Shown here piece by piece: positions 11,695 through 24,890 of a stretch of DNA of 64,000 bases (the first letter of the stretch is position 1; each line of letters starts with the position of its first letter). The stretch spans positions 119,474,001 to 119,538,000 of the forward strand of contig OX597818.1 in NCBI GenBank assembly GCA_951406725.2, written 5' to 3'. The translations under genes and the position numbers were made by a program. The notes beneath the pieces were generated by a model. The model had not been told where the DNA came from. It did not search any database and worked only from the letters and a program-made list of their open reading frames with translations. Source of the DNA: Octopus vulgaris. Lineage: Eukaryota.

Positions 11695-12230
11695 TTTCTT
11701 ATTCCTTTATGCTTTTATTCCATTTAGGCTAAAGGTTGTGTTCATGCTGTAGCATCGCCAGTGTTATCACCTTTTCAATGGTCATTATTTTGTGATCGGC
11801 ATTTGATGAAGGATTAAATTTGATATTGCTGCCCTTTTTGCTTCTTTTGTCGTGATGTAGGCACCTTGGACAGTATCTGGGACTTTGGACAGTGGGAGGT
11901 CAAGTTGATTCTTGAAAACCTCTACTGCTACTCCGTGTAGACCTCCCAGATGATTTGACAAGGTACAAAGTAGCCTTGGGCTCTTGAACCCCAAACTATT
12001 TCAGTACATGGTTCTTACTCTACACGGGTTGGCCGGAGCATTTGGAACAGCGCAGTGAATGTCCAGTTCAGGATCTGGTATAACTCTCGATGCCAAAGCT
12101 TGGTGTCAACCCATTCAAGATCTTTAATACGTATATCACTGCGTGTCTCTGCAGTCTTCGCTCCAGGGAGTAGACTTGTAGCTCCTCATTCTGTAATTTT
12201 GTACGTTTGTGCAGAATTAGAAATTGAACA
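11695..12230 (-). mobile_element. CR1/L2-group LINE 3' fragment (degenerate)
   Basis: LQVYSLERR..RHAVIYVLKILNG and VEVFKNQLD..LSKVPD; the 3' UTR resembles the family A SINE tail. Confidence 0.8.
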
Positions 12231-14294
12231 CACGTCACTTTTTCCTCTTCCAAAAATTTAACTGAACAATTTGGGCTAAACTTGGAAGTTTGCTACAAAA
12301 TCCCAGGAAGGGAAACGTTAGAGATTTCTTAACAGAGCAGCATAAAGCAAACACTTATCAAACCAATAAAGGAACCTCTATATGGTATTTCGACCAGCGA
12401 TAGACAGCAGCCAAATTTACCCCCAGTTTATGAGCCAGGTGTTTTTTTTTGTGTGTGTGTGTAATATCTAACTGGGAATATTTGATACGAATAACAAAAA
12501 AATATTTGGTAAGATTGTTTGAAAATAAATCAACAAAAATTGTTTCGAACCTTGCTTTCTGAAAAAACTTCTCTTTTTTCTTACTATGTTCTGTTTTTAT
12601 TTCGCTTCCTTTCTCTCTTTTCATACTTTTCTTCAAAAGTAATGCACAAAATTGAATAAGAATTCGTTGTTTTCTCTTTATGTGTATATTTTCTTTTTCT
12701 TATGATATCAACTAATAAACTAGAAAATGTAATGTGATCCTGAACCGAGAGATAAGATACAATATAATAGAAAATAAATAGACGTTTAAGTAGAGCTTAA
12801 TATTATCTATTGTTTGCCGCCATTAAGGTATAAATGCATTTAACGTTCGACGATAAACCGAATGTTTTGAGAGGAGAAGATATTGATGGAAATTAAGAAA
12901 GGAAAGTTATTTAGGGGTTTCTTGCGTTCGTCAGTTTTTGTGAATTAAATCAAAAGAAAAGTAAAATAGAAACATATTGCTTCAGTGTAAATATAACAAG
13001 TATATCAGTAAATAAAGTGGGATTATTGTGGACATGCTCGTGTTCATCTGATAACTTATGTATCTTACGTTTAACAACAGCCTAGAGCGAGTTGTCTGTT
13101 TTCAATTTGTTGTTCGGAAAAAGTAGAATATTTAATAACACTGCAATAAAAGTCAGCTTAGGCTTCCTTAGGCTAACATACGATGCCAATTTGTTTGAGA
13201 CTAAATAGTCTCATGTTGATGTAGAAGGAATGGTGATGCGATATTAGTTTTCAATTTTCCGGTTGTTACTTTTAATTGAATAATGTCTGTAAGATTGGAG
13301 GACATAATAAACAGAAATCACGCTATTAGGAATCGTTCATATCAATATATTTAATGTCGCATATTATACAATCCAAATCTCCAGTTTTGCAGGCCTAATT
13401 ATTCCCTTTTCAGGAAAGAAAGACTTTGTTACATTGGTTATCACACCGGAAAAAAAAATTGGTTCTTATGAGCCGACAGACATAAATATCCAACCACATT
13501 CTGTAACGTCTAAGATTATGTAACAAACGTTGTAAATTGTATCTATATTCGTGATGTAGGCCTGAGATGATAGGGCAGCACATTATATATATGTAATCAA
13601 GTTGTTTTTATTCGATGCTAGGAAAGATAAAATGTGCAACGGAAAACGTTGACATTTGGTTTCTAACAATGACCACTTCGACGGTAATTATTCCAGTTTT
13701 CTGATAAGGAAACGCGAGAACTCCAAACATAATTGCTACACGTCTAACTAAAAACCCTTCAAGAGAAATGACAGTATTCTATTAGTTATCATTATATCGC
13801 TGAACAACCACCAACATGAGAATTAAATGCAGATAGTCAATAAAATCTAATAAAATACTGGTGATTCATTATTATGCGAGGTAACAACCTACTTTATTGA
13901 ACTCTCTCTCTCTCTTTCTCTCTCTCACTCTTTCTCTCTAATCCATCTATCTATCTTACTCTTCTTTTCTCTCCCTCATCCCCTCTCCTTGTTATTCCGT
14001 CTCTCGTTCTCTGTGTACACGCGCACATTCGCGCACACCCACACGCACATGATATATAGTAAATATTGTAAATATGTTGTATGTATATGTACAAATACAA
14101 ACATAAACATTGCGTATATATCTGTATATTCACCTCCACACTTGTACATACATTTATGCATGCATACATGTGTGTATATATATAAATATGTATGTATATA
14201 AGTATATATATACACAAGCACACACACAAACACACACACATCCATATATGTATGTATATTTATAAATATTTGGCTGTTTAATTCAGATACATGT

Positions 14295-14458
14295 TTTTCT
14301 CTCCATCTTTTAGCCTCTGCTTCTATTCTTTGTATTTGTAGAGCGTAGGTTCGAGTCGTTGAAGTCTTCTTCCATTTTTCTCGCCAGTAAACCTGATACC
14401 TTCTGTTCATTCCCTTTTCACCTCGTCTCTGTGGGGTTTTTCATTTCTTTTTGAACCA
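14295..14458 (+). mobile_element. Degenerate copy of the 8759-8908 element
   Basis: Contains tgtagagcgtaggttcga; aligns by eye to the reverse complement of 8759-8908. Confidence 0.5.
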
Positions 14459-14487
14459 TACGCACCCACATGGACATATGTATATGG

Positions 14488-14870
14488 AAGCACTCCGTCG
14501 GTTACGACGATGAGGGTTCCGGTTGATCCGAATCAACAGAACAGCCTGCTCGTGAAATTAACGTGTAAGTGGCTGAGCACTCCACAGACACGTGAACCCT
14601 TAACGTAGTTCTCGGGGATATTCAGCGTGACACAGAGAGTGACAAGGCCGGCCCCTTGAAATACAGGTACAACAGAAACAGGAAGTAAGAGTGAGAGAAA
14701 GTTGTGGTGAAAGAGTACAGCAGGGATCGCCACCATCCCCTTCCGGAGCCTCGTGGAGCTTTTAAGTGTTTTTGCTCAATAAACACTCACAACGCCCGGT
14801 CTGGGAATCGAAACTGCACGATCCTATGACCGCGAGTCCGCTGCCCTAACCACTGGGCCATTGCGCCTCC
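14488..14870 (-). mobile_element. tRNA-derived SINE (head H1, tail T1)
   Basis: Reverse complement head ggaggcgcaatggcccagtggttagg...gtttcgattccc (A/B boxes). Head shared with 24107-24381, tail shared with 60154-60460. Confidence 0.85.
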
Positions 14871-14978
14871 ACACATATGTATATATAATATGGGTGAATT
14901 GGTATCGAACTATGATAGAGTTATTTAGAGGCCTGATGATTGGGGTTACATTTTAAGAAATGTCCCTGTTAAACACTG

Positions 14979-15024
14979 CGTGCTTAAATAACCGTGAAAG
15001 AACCTCACGAAACACGTGTAGCGT
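14979..15024 (+). ncRNA. Partial hammerhead-like motif (core 5' strand degenerate)
   Basis: gtga(aagaacc)tcac-GAAA-cacgtg-TA-gcg, with palindromic helix III. No clean CUGANGA upstream. The host element ends at (TA)n near 15190. Confidence 0.35.
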
Positions 15025-15197
15025 AGATTTAGAAATGAGTAGTATGTATCAAATTAAAATTCTTTTATATGGTGTGATGATGGGGACTACTATCTCAAAA
15101 TAATAAATATATTTCCTCATTGAGAATAATTTGAACCCCTGTGATGCCGGAATTTTTATTCCCTAATAAATAAAATAAAATAATCTAATATATTTAC

Positions 15198-15231
<34 letters not shown>

Positions 15232-15419
15232 ATGCATGTATATGTATAAACATAGACAGTTATATGCGTATATATCTGTATAAATTCCTTCGACACTTGT
15301 ACATACATTTATGTATGCATAGATGTGTGTGTATATATATATATGTATGTATATAAGTATATATATATACACAAACACACACACAAACACATACACACAC
15401 CATAAATGTATATTTATAG

Positions 15420-16085
15420 GTTCCTGGTTTAACAATATTAGTGGACCAGTCTACAGAGGGTAGGTTCAAGTCGCCCATCATCAGAATATTTCCTGGGTTA
15501 GATTCCAGGAGGAAAGATTTGATTTTCTCAAGCCACTCTTGGAAATAGTGTAAGGGTGTTTGTGGGGTTCTGTAGAGCCCGGTGGCAGACAGGTCTTTAC
15601 CTTTGTTGTGTACAGAGATTGATTCGCAGTAGCCCGTTGGAGAAAGGGCCCTTGGCATCTGCGTTGAAAGAATTGTGTAAGAAAACAGCAACTCCACCAT
15701 TTCTTCAGCCTGCCCGATCAGCACGGATGGCAATGAAGTCTCTGATTTCCACTTCAGCCTCTAAATGAAAGTCGTTTAGGTGGGTCTCAGTTAGGACAAA
15801 GAAAGGGATTCGTTATGAGTGCGCAGAAATCCATCCTTCAATGTAGGATATTTTACATTTTGGAGTCTTGATGGCTGGGTTGATACCTTGGGTATTAAGG
15901 AGGAATGTCGTTGATAAGGCAGCAGCATCGTTGAGTTTCTTAAGGATCAGTACATCATGTTTGTTATTGTTATTGTTGTTGCTACTCAGTGGCCAGCAGC
16001 AAGGATGCTTTTCGCCTTGGGTTTGTAGTAGAGGTTAGATACTTCTCTGGATTTCTTGTTGTTGCACTCTTGGATGCCGCTGCGA
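15420..16085 (-). mobile_element. LINE fragment encoding an APE-type endonuclease (CR1/L2-like), degenerate
   Basis: Translated across frameshifts: FLLNTQG, VLTETHL, GGVAVFL, GLYRTP, ILMMGDLNLPSVDW. Confidence 0.85.
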
Positions 16086-16099
16086 TTAATTTATATATA

Positions 16100-16666
16100 T
16101 TGGGTTGTCCGGAAAGTTCGTGCCGATTTATAGTATCTTACCTTTCGACTTATTTTAGAACATGGTTGAGTCCATAAAATAGGATTTGACTACACATTCA
16201 TTTAGAACACAGTTTAAGCTATCTTTTCGTGGAAGAGGGTTTATGTTCCTATAACCTGTGTTAATTCTGTAACCCTTTAAAATGGAAGAAAAGAAAGTTC
16301 ATTTTCGGCACTTGATGCTTTGGGAACCAGAAAAAAATTGCTGCAGCTCGACTAGGATGTGTTACCCCACCCTCCATATTCACCAGATATTGCTCCTTCG
16401 GATTTCCACTTATTCAGGTCTCTACAGAATAGTCTTAATGGTAAAAATTTCAATTCCTTGAATGACGTAAGAAGATACCTTGATGAATTCTTTGCCATGA
16501 ATCCACCTCAATTCTGAGAAGAGGATATTTTCAATTTAAAGGAAAGATGGAGACGCATTGTGCAACAAAATGGTTCATATTTGGTTTATTAAAAATGTAA
16601 TTTGCAAGTATTTATTGACCTTTTTCTTTCCTTTAAAAATCGGCACGAACTTTCCGTACAATCCAA
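16100..16666 (+). mobile_element. Internally deleted mariner element
   Basis: ~30-bp TIRs ttgggttgtccggaaagttcgtgccgattt, TA on both sides; remnant HPPYSPDIAPSDFHLF. Confidence 0.92.
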
Positions 16667-16702
16667 TACATATATATATAAATGTGTGTGTGTGCGTGTG
16701 TG

Positions 16703-17050
16703 TAGCACCTTGGGCAAGTGTCTTCTACTATAGCCTCGGGCCGACCAAAGCCTTGTCAGTTGATTTGGAAGACGGAGTTGAAGAAAGCCCGTCGTATATA
16801 TATATATATATATATAAATGTGCGTGTGTCTCTCTGTGTTTGTCCTCCACCCCCACCCCGCCATCGTTTGACAGCCGATGCTGGTGTGTTTATGTCCCCG
16901 GAGCTTGGCGGTTCGGCAAATGAGAACGATAGACAAAGTAGCGGGTTGGCGAGGAATAAGTCCTGGGGGTCGACTTGTCCGACTAAAGGCGATGCTACAG
17001 CATGGCCGAAGTCGGGTGACTGAAAGAAATAAACCAATAAAGGAATAAAA

Positions 17051-17054
<4 letters not shown>
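16703..17054 (+). mobile_element. SINE family A, 5'-truncated
   Basis: Starts at caccttgggcaagtg and runs to the tail. Confidence 0.85.
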
Positions 17055-17111
<57 letters not shown>

Positions 17112-17604
17112 CATTAATATATGCATGCACACCTACTGATACAATCAGATATATATGCACGTACATATAGATACGTATTTATACATGTATAAATAAGCAT
17201 TGATATACAGAAATTGAGGGAGAGATCGGTGGACTTGTAAATTTAAAAACTAAGGAAAGCGGTTTTACTTGGTTTATGGTGAAGATTTTCCGCGAAATGT
17301 TATTAAGACTTTACATTCTTAAGTTGGATTGGCACTATAAGAGTATTTGGTTTGACAGATTAAAACAGCGTAAGATTCAATGCACTAAGAGTACATCACG
17401 TAAGCCGTCTAGGCATGGGCAGGTGATACATGAAATGCATAGGCAACTCTGACAGCAAGCAGAAGAATTAACATAAGAAATTCACTGACAACAACGTCGA
17501 GAACGTCAACGAAGAGATGACGATGCCTGTATGCTGTTGCGCGCATTGCTAGAAATAATAACTAAATAGTCTTTAAATGAGAATCTAGCTGTTGTAAATT
17601 ATTT

Positions 17605-17648
<44 letters not shown>

Positions 17649-17759
17649 CATACTAATGTCACAGGAATTTCATAAAGTTTCAAGAGGACGTGAAAAAGAT
17701 CTTCTTTGGATAGTATATCTCGAAGCACAAACGTAGCTGTAAGAAATTATTTCAAATTT

Positions 17760-17945
17760 TGGTACTAAGCTAGCAATTTTATGGCCGGGATTAAGCCGAT
17801 TGCTCGACCCCAATGTTTAACTGGTACTTGTTTTATCGACCTCGAAAGAGATGAAAGGCAAAGTCGACCTCGGTGGAATTTGAACTCAGAACATAAAAAT
17901 GGACAGAATGTCGCTAATCATTTTGCCCAACGTGCTAACAGTTCT
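17760..17945 (-). mobile_element. SINE family B
   Basis: Core ttatcgacctcgaaagagatgaaaggcaaagtcgacctcggtggaatttgaactcagaac, shared with 39173, 43138 and 57465. Confidence 0.8.
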
Positions 17946-17949
17946 TATT

Positions 17950-18206
17950 TTGGGATCGGTTCGGTACCGGACATGCATTCTGGATATTTTTTTCCCTTTC
18001 TTTGTTACTTAATTTTTGAGAGCAGTCGGGTTCATTTTTAGTATTGTCGTTTGTGAGAGCGGTCGGGTTCATTTTTAGTATTGTCGTTTGTGAGAGCAGT
18101 CGAGTTTATTTCAGATATTCTCATTTTTAAAATAACCTCTGGTTAATCGTTAAGAGGACGTAGGTGTTGCCTTGGTGCAGATTTGCGTTCTCTGGGTGCT
18201 CTTGTT
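17950..18206 (+). mobile_element. Possible Helitron/Helentron-type non-autonomous element 3' part, with 37-bp tandem repeat
   Basis: About 2.5 copies of gagagcagtcgggttcatttttagtattgtcgtttgt (18018, 18055, 18092). Ends in an imperfect hairpin gcgttc-tct-gggtgc followed by tcttgtt. Confidence 0.3.
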
Positions 18207-19244
18207 ATAATTATCATCATGCCATAAAGGAATGATTCCTCTAATGCCGTTGTGGTAGTTGTTTGGCACAAAATCCACCCAGATCGTGCAGATCAAATGT
18301 ACCCCGGCCAAGGACCTCCTATTGTTTCCTGTGTATACGGGACCCACGTATACAGTATCTAAATTGTCAATTTTTATGACCGCAGAGTGTGACTGAAATG
18401 TAGTTTGGCTGCGATTTCTAGCTCAGCAAGAAACCATATAGAAGCTGCCTCGTCAACTCTTGATCTCCTCGTTGTTTCCTATTGTGACCCCATATGTTTA
18501 ACAGAACTAAAACCACTTCTGAAAGGCTAGAGTCCCCCTTTAGTGCCAGAAAATATTTCAACTCCCATTAGTCAATGACTACCTACAAGTGACTCAAGTA
18601 AAACTCACGGTAAGCCATAAGTCACCGGGTATGGGATGCTGCTGCTACTGCTGCTGTTGCCTCTGCCGCTGCCTCTGTCTCCACCACCGCTGCTGCCTCC
18701 ACATCCATTTTATATTGATCATACAACAGTTTGGCAATTAATCAATAACTATCAGTCTGCAATCCCTGTTCACATATTCCCATTTTCACATATTTGTCCT
18801 TTTTATCACTGCAACAATAGTTCTTTCAGTCTCCGGCTAGTTGGCGACATGTATCTTTTACTCAAGTAAAGTACCACTTTCTCTCTATATATTTCTTCCA
18901 CATCCTTGAAATTGTGAGTGTCCATCTTACACCTTGTGTTAAACATCTCACCCAACAGAGTCTTCCCAGGACTTCAATCATCTACAAACTCCAACTCTCT
19001 TAGGCTTTTCGAGCAAATATTGACACATGGAGCATCAAATTTAACCTTTATTGCCATCGAAATACCTCTCTTTCTCCGACGACAAATTTATGGAACAAAC
19101 TAAATAAATAACAGGAGTAAGCACCAGCCTGCAGATATCCCTTAGAATGTGGATCGATTTTATATTTTAATATTAAACTTTTACTACGAAAGTTTTGCGA
19201 ATCTGACATTGAAATATCAAAACTGTTTCATATATTGAAATAAT

Positions 19245-19442
19245 TCTTTCTACAATAGACACAAGGCCCGAAATATGTGGGTAGGGGGTTAGTCGATTAC
19301 ATCAACCTTAATATTTGACTGGTACATATTTATTTGAAGCAGAAAGGATGGAAGGCTAAGACGAGTCCGGTGGAATTTGAACTCAGAGCGCGAAACGGAA
19401 GAAATGTGCTTAGCAATTGTTAGACTTGGTAAAGATTCTGCT
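19245..19442 (-). mobile_element. SINE family B, degenerate
   Basis: gaaaggatggaaggc...ggtggaatttgaactcagagcg. Confidence 0.7.
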
Positions 19443-20674
19443 ATGCAGAACTTTGATAAGAAGCTGGCGTTTATAAGAATCATAGAAATAATAGGGACAA
19501 TTTTAGTGGATAATAAACGATGAGTCGCAAATTACTGTCAAATCCTAATTGAATGTTGATTTTGTTAAAGCAAATTTAGTTCACAATCAACATGTATGTC
19601 TGTAAGAAATTCAAAAAATGTCATACTGTCCGTTTCATTTTCTTTTTATATCTGATAAATGTATAAAATACGTATGAACATTGACGAAAATACGACGTGG
19701 TAAATATAAAAGCATCTGGACGAGAAAAATTCTTTAAATAATAAGGAATAAAACACTACTGAACAATGAAGTTAATCTAACAGAAAAAATATTTTTAAAA
19801 AGCCACCATTAGATAAAAAAAAAAAACACTAATATAATAATAGTGGATAAGGAAGCTACAATGACGTAGTAACGATAACAACACACCACATGATGGTGAA
19901 AATACCCTCAGATGATAAAAAGTAAAAACGTCGCTGAATAAAGAATGTAATCTAATATGATAAAGTGTAAAATATCCTTTGATAAGGAAGATAGCCAAAT
20001 GTGATAAGGAGTAAAACATCACTATATTAGAATGTTATCCTAACGTAATAAAACGTTGAACAACACCACTGCACAAAGAAGATATACAAACACGATAAAG
20101 AGAGAACACCTTTGGCTAATAAAGATATGCTAATGTGGTACATACTGTAACAAAATAATTGCAAAAGGTTTGAACCAACGAAATCTGCCTTGTATGAAAA
20201 AAAAGTGCGCTTATATCGATCACTTCCGAATTGATTAGCATTAGTAACAATTTCGTGTTCATATACGAAAACGAAATGTTAATTCATGACATGTTTTCGG
20301 GAATAGTTGATTATAACAAATTACTGGTGAGTCTTTTAGTGGCCCAGGAGGGGAATAAACAGCAAGGATTTAATTACGAATCACCAACAAGCTTTGATGT
20401 TGCACATCATTTTACATTATGTTCTGCATTTTCTAAATGTCATTGTCTTCTCATTCAGATACACACCACACAAAGCACTGCTTCATTCTACACTATAATG
20501 CGTTTAATCATCTGAAAGGATGAGTTGGGGATTTTCTATATGGTCCTTGATTTGCCATTAACATCAACTAAATTCCCCTCAATGATCACACTGTCGTATA
20601 TAAAATACATAAAATATATATCTCTTATTTAGAAAGGAAGACAATATGATTTATTAGGGTCATATTCGGTTATT

Positions 20675-20894
20675 TGTATATGTGTCTGGTCACCCACAAT
20701 CGATCGACAACCGATGTTAGTGTGTTTACGTCCCCGTGACTTAACGGTTCGGCAAAAGACACCGATAGAATAAGTACTAGGCTTACAAAAATACGAATAA
20801 GTCCTGGGGTTGATTTGAGGTGGAGCTCCAGTATCGCCGCAGTCAAATGACTGAAACAAGTAAGCGAATATAAGAATAAAAGAATAAAAGAATA
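20675..20894 (+). mobile_element. SINE family A 3' half
   Basis: gacaaccgatg...gactgaaacaagtaa. Confidence 0.8.
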
Positions 20895-20992
20895 TATATA
20901 TATATGTACCCACACATACATAACTTACATATATCTATATGCTACATACCTGTATGTGAGTGTTTGTTCAATCATTATATATATATGCATAT

Positions 20993-21041
<49 letters not shown>

Positions 21042-21289
21042 ATGAGGGAGAGTGTGTCACACATCAAGGTAGGCACATTGTGGTAATTAAACTTTTATAG
21101 CTTCCTCGACAATGTTGAACATTTATGTTTTGCAATTAAGTATTGAGATTATATTTCCAGAAGGAATGTCATTAAAAGAGAGTGGGAGATTTTTAACGAC
21201 ATAACGTTTACTTTCGGAGATATACGTACTGCGCGTGTATATGTATATATACATACATACCTACATATATATGCATATATACATGCATA

Positions 21290-21855
21290 TATGGGTACAG
21301 GACATAAAAAAACGTGGAAGAATGAGAAACGAGAACATAAAAACAAAAACATGGAAAACGAACATTTTCGAACAACGAGAAAAACAAACAGAGAAACGAG
21401 ATATGCAACATAAAGAATATTCCCTTCATCACTTGTCTCCTGTTTCATCTACCACGTGTTAAGAAAGTAAGGACAAGATGCGACTTCGTTAAAAGATTCC
21501 TTCCCGCAAAGCAAATTAAATAAAATTTGAGATTTTTTTGCGGAGGGTGAAAACGGTAACAAAAACAGGACAGTGAGAACAAAACAGTAAAAACAAACGG
21601 TGAGGGCTGTTAAGCTAAGACGATGGGAAGTGGTGAACGCTGGGAAAACGAGCTTTGAGAAGAGACATATAAAACACGTGGTAGAAAGAGAGAATGGCCG
21701 TTGGTCACGTTTCAGCAACGAGACAGTCAAGGAGGAGGAGTGAGAGAGAGAGAGAGGAAACGGTGAAGGGGAAAGGAGAAGAATAGGGAAAGGGTGAGAG
21801 AGAAATACAGAAAGGAAGAGAGAGAAAGATAGACAGAAAAGAGATAGAATAAGAG
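21290..21855. mobile_element. Unclassified element between TA/CA microsatellites
   Basis: Start atgggtacaggac resembles atgggacaagaac of the 47850-48305 insert; strong A/G strand skew. Confidence 0.35.
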
Positions 21856-21864
21856 TGCGCATAT

Positions 21865-21954
<90 letters not shown>

Positions 21955-22666
21955 TCATATATTTACATATATACTCTGGCATATGGACAAGTTTGTGTGT
22001 GTGTGCAATTATGTTAATAACACAAACTTTAAAATTTTGATGTCAATTAAATCGGCAACGTACGAGTGTACCGGTCAATAAAAACACATGAAAGCTTTAT
22101 GAAGTTCTCTGTCGCTGTTTCAGTCATTTTTGAGTGCCAACAAGAAACAGAGAATAAACAATTGCATTTTGAGAGATAACCACTTCTTACTCTTTGAAAA
22201 ACATTCAAATATCATCATCAAAGATTAATGTTCATTGTACTGGAATGCTTTGCTTCATCAAGAACTGAAGCATCAGCAAATCCGGTATTAAATACATCTT
22301 CAAGTCAGATAAAACCACTCCTCAATTGTAAATCGCAAATGGGATTCAATAAAGAGCATTAAATGCTTTCGATTACCGCAACACACGGATCGCATTTAAA
22401 ACTCATTAAGATATCATTAGGCCTTCTTTAAGTCATACACCCTTGTTCACATCCGAGCCAACAAAGCAATAAATACGGAGGAAAAATTCTCGAGAAATAA
22501 TAATAATACAGACACACAGACACACAGATATACACATATGTACATATGTCATATATCGTGTGTGTGTGTGTGTGTATGTGTGTGTATTTCTACTTTCATT
22601 CTCTTATTTCCCTCTAACTCCTTATTTAGAACTCAAACTTTTCCCTCTGTTTAACCATCCCATGTC

Positions 22667-22706
22667 GTCTCTGACGAGGGGATATCCATAATATCAGCTG
22701 TAAGAC
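22667..22706 (+). ncRNA. Inactivated hammerhead (GAAA segment missing)
   Basis: gtct-CTGACGA-ggggatatccataatat-[no GAAA]-cagctg-TA-agac. Helix I gtct/agac; palindromic CAGCUG. Confidence 0.55.
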
Positions 22707-22995
22707 TATTTCTATATCTTTTTCCTTATAAATATCCTGAAAACTCCTCACAGCCTTGGCTTTGTTATCTCATTTTGTCTAATATATATATGTATGTATG
22801 TATGTATGAATGTATGTATGTATGTATGTATGTATGTATGTATGTATGTATGTATGTATGTATGTATGTATGTATCTATGAGTGTGTGTTTGTATGTATG
22901 TATGTATGTATGCATTTATGTATGTATGTATGTGTATGTATGTATGTATGTGTGTATGTATGTGTATGTATGTATATATGTATGTGTGCATGTAT

Positions 22996-23189
22996 ACTCT
23001 TTTACTTGTTTCGGTCAGTTGACTGCGGCCATGCTGGGGCACCGCTTTTACGCGAAGAAATCGACCCCAGAATTTATTCTTTGTAAGCTATCGGTTATTC
23101 TATCGGTTTCTTTTGCGCCGAAGCGCTACGTTACGGGGACGTAGACACACCAGCAACGGTTTTCAAGTGATGTTGGGCGGCAAACACAG

Positions 23190-23195
<6 letters not shown>
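22996..23195 (-). mobile_element. SINE family A 3' half
   Basis: Homologous to the family A tail; ends in (CA)n/(TA)n. Confidence 0.8.
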
Positions 23196-23222
<27 letters not shown>

Positions 23223-23236
23223 TACACATACACACG

Positions 23237-23374
<138 letters not shown>

Positions 23375-23462
23375 AAATTGACAACGAAAGAAAGAGACCT
23401 CAATATTATGTAAATAGAGGAATTTATATATGTATAATATAGGATATTTCGTAAGTTGTCAT

Positions 23463-23523
23463 AATAGGACTCAGAGTTTCAAATGCAGGAGGTAAGATCT
23501 ACGATGCATTTTCATCGGCTATT
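23463..23523 (-). ncRNA. Type-I hammerhead motif (U4C deviation)
   Basis: Reverse complement: aatag-CCGATGA-aaatgca(17 nt)tgcattt-GAAA-ctctgag-TC-ctatt. 5-bp helix I, 7-bp helix II, GUC triplet. Confidence 0.7.
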
Positions 23524-24106
23524 TTGACCATAGACACTATGAAAAAAAAAACCGTGGAAGAAAAGGGAAGTTACTCTAATAGACAGAAAAAATCATAAAA
23601 AATAAAAATTCAAAAATTTAAAATTATAAAAAATACGTGCAACCATATTTTCATCAATGCATGTAAAACCTGCGTTCGTAAACTCACACAAACTCACACA
23701 AACATGTACGATTATTGTTATAGTAGTTTATGAATAAATATATAAACATTAAAAAAAACAGTGGCTCACATTCTAAGTATTACATTTTGCTGTGAAATTT
23801 ATGCGTTTTCTGCAGCTTAGGATGTGAATGAAATTGGTTTGTTTCATTGGGATTTGATTAATGATACACACTGATTACACTGGGGAAATTCTTTCTTAGT
23901 ACTTGTGGCATGAGACTTTTCAACTGATTCCATGTAATTATTTTCAATGCTAATTTCAAATCTAAACTAGGCTTTCCATCACGTGCTCTACTAATCATGA
24001 AATTTGGAACGTGATTTCTGCCAAAGACGATACCCATTGTAATTTAGATCTACCTTAACTTTAGATTAATTAGGCTGTATTAAAAAAAGCACCTTAATTT
24101 TCAATA

Positions 24107-24381
24107 GTTTTTTTTATGCGCCATTTTCAAGCCTAGCCAGGCTCACGGGCCCGGTTTCCCGGTTTCTATGGCGTGTGTGTTCCCACCAGCTGGACGGGAC
24201 GCCAGTCCATCGCAGCATTACTCAAGAAACAGGAAAAAAGAGTGATAGAAAGTTGGGGCGAAACTCGTAGAGTTTTGGGTGTTTTCACTCAATAAGCACA
24301 CACAACGCCCGGTCTGGGAATCGAAACCATGATCCCCCGACCGCGAGTCCGCTGCCAAAACCACTGGGCCATTGCGCCTCC
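24107..24381 (-). mobile_element. tRNA-derived SINE (head H1, tail T2)
   Basis: Same head as 14488-14870 but different 3' part (gcgatggactggcgtcccgtccag...gaaaccggg). Possible target-site duplication ttcaata. Confidence 0.85.
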
Positions 24382-24519
24382 TTCAATATTCTTTAATTTT
24401 TTTAAATTTTGTCAGCTTTAAAGCGGCGGTCATGCTGGGGCGCACAAAAATACGACCTGTTTTCTTTTGTTTCAGGTATGACCGTGGATTCTTTAATCGA
24501 TATAAATGGTAGATAAGCC

Positions 24520-24725
24520 TGGCACATTCTGTTAGCTATGTGGCTGCAGCCCACATTTTTTCCCGAAGGTGCAATATAAAATCGCTTGCGAGGGAAGCTT
24601 ATATTCATGTTCCCCTCGGCGAACAATACAAGAGATGGTCTCCCGATATTGTGTGTTACAGTTGTGAGGAAATGCTTCGTTACTGGAGGAAAGAAAAACG
24701 AAATCATTTTGGGTTTATATGCCCC
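24520..24725 (+). pseudogene. Degenerate DNA transposase N-terminal fragment (possibly Chapaev/CMC-like)
   Basis: AY...LGEQYKRWSPDIVCYSCEEMLRYW resembles the LGDQDKxWAPHxxCxxC..LRxW transposase motif. Family assignment is from memory. Confidence 0.4.
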
Positions 24726-24850
24726 TTTATTTCACTATTTTCCTTAGTCATTGCACGGTGATCGCCATAAGCTTTAAGCTTATATAAAAATACCATTATT
24801 ATTATTTACAGGATTGTAATACTCGGAGCCGTATATCAAAACCATTCGCA

Positions 24851-24890
<40 letters not shown>

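Noticed and set aside
14780-14870. tRNA gene
   Set aside because: A/B boxes are present but continue into a SINE body shared with 24107-24381; no convincing cloverleaf.
22080-22480. Possible decayed PLE coding remnant upstream of the 22667 hammerhead fossil
   Set aside because: Only a short RIAFKT-like match among stops; not enough to call.
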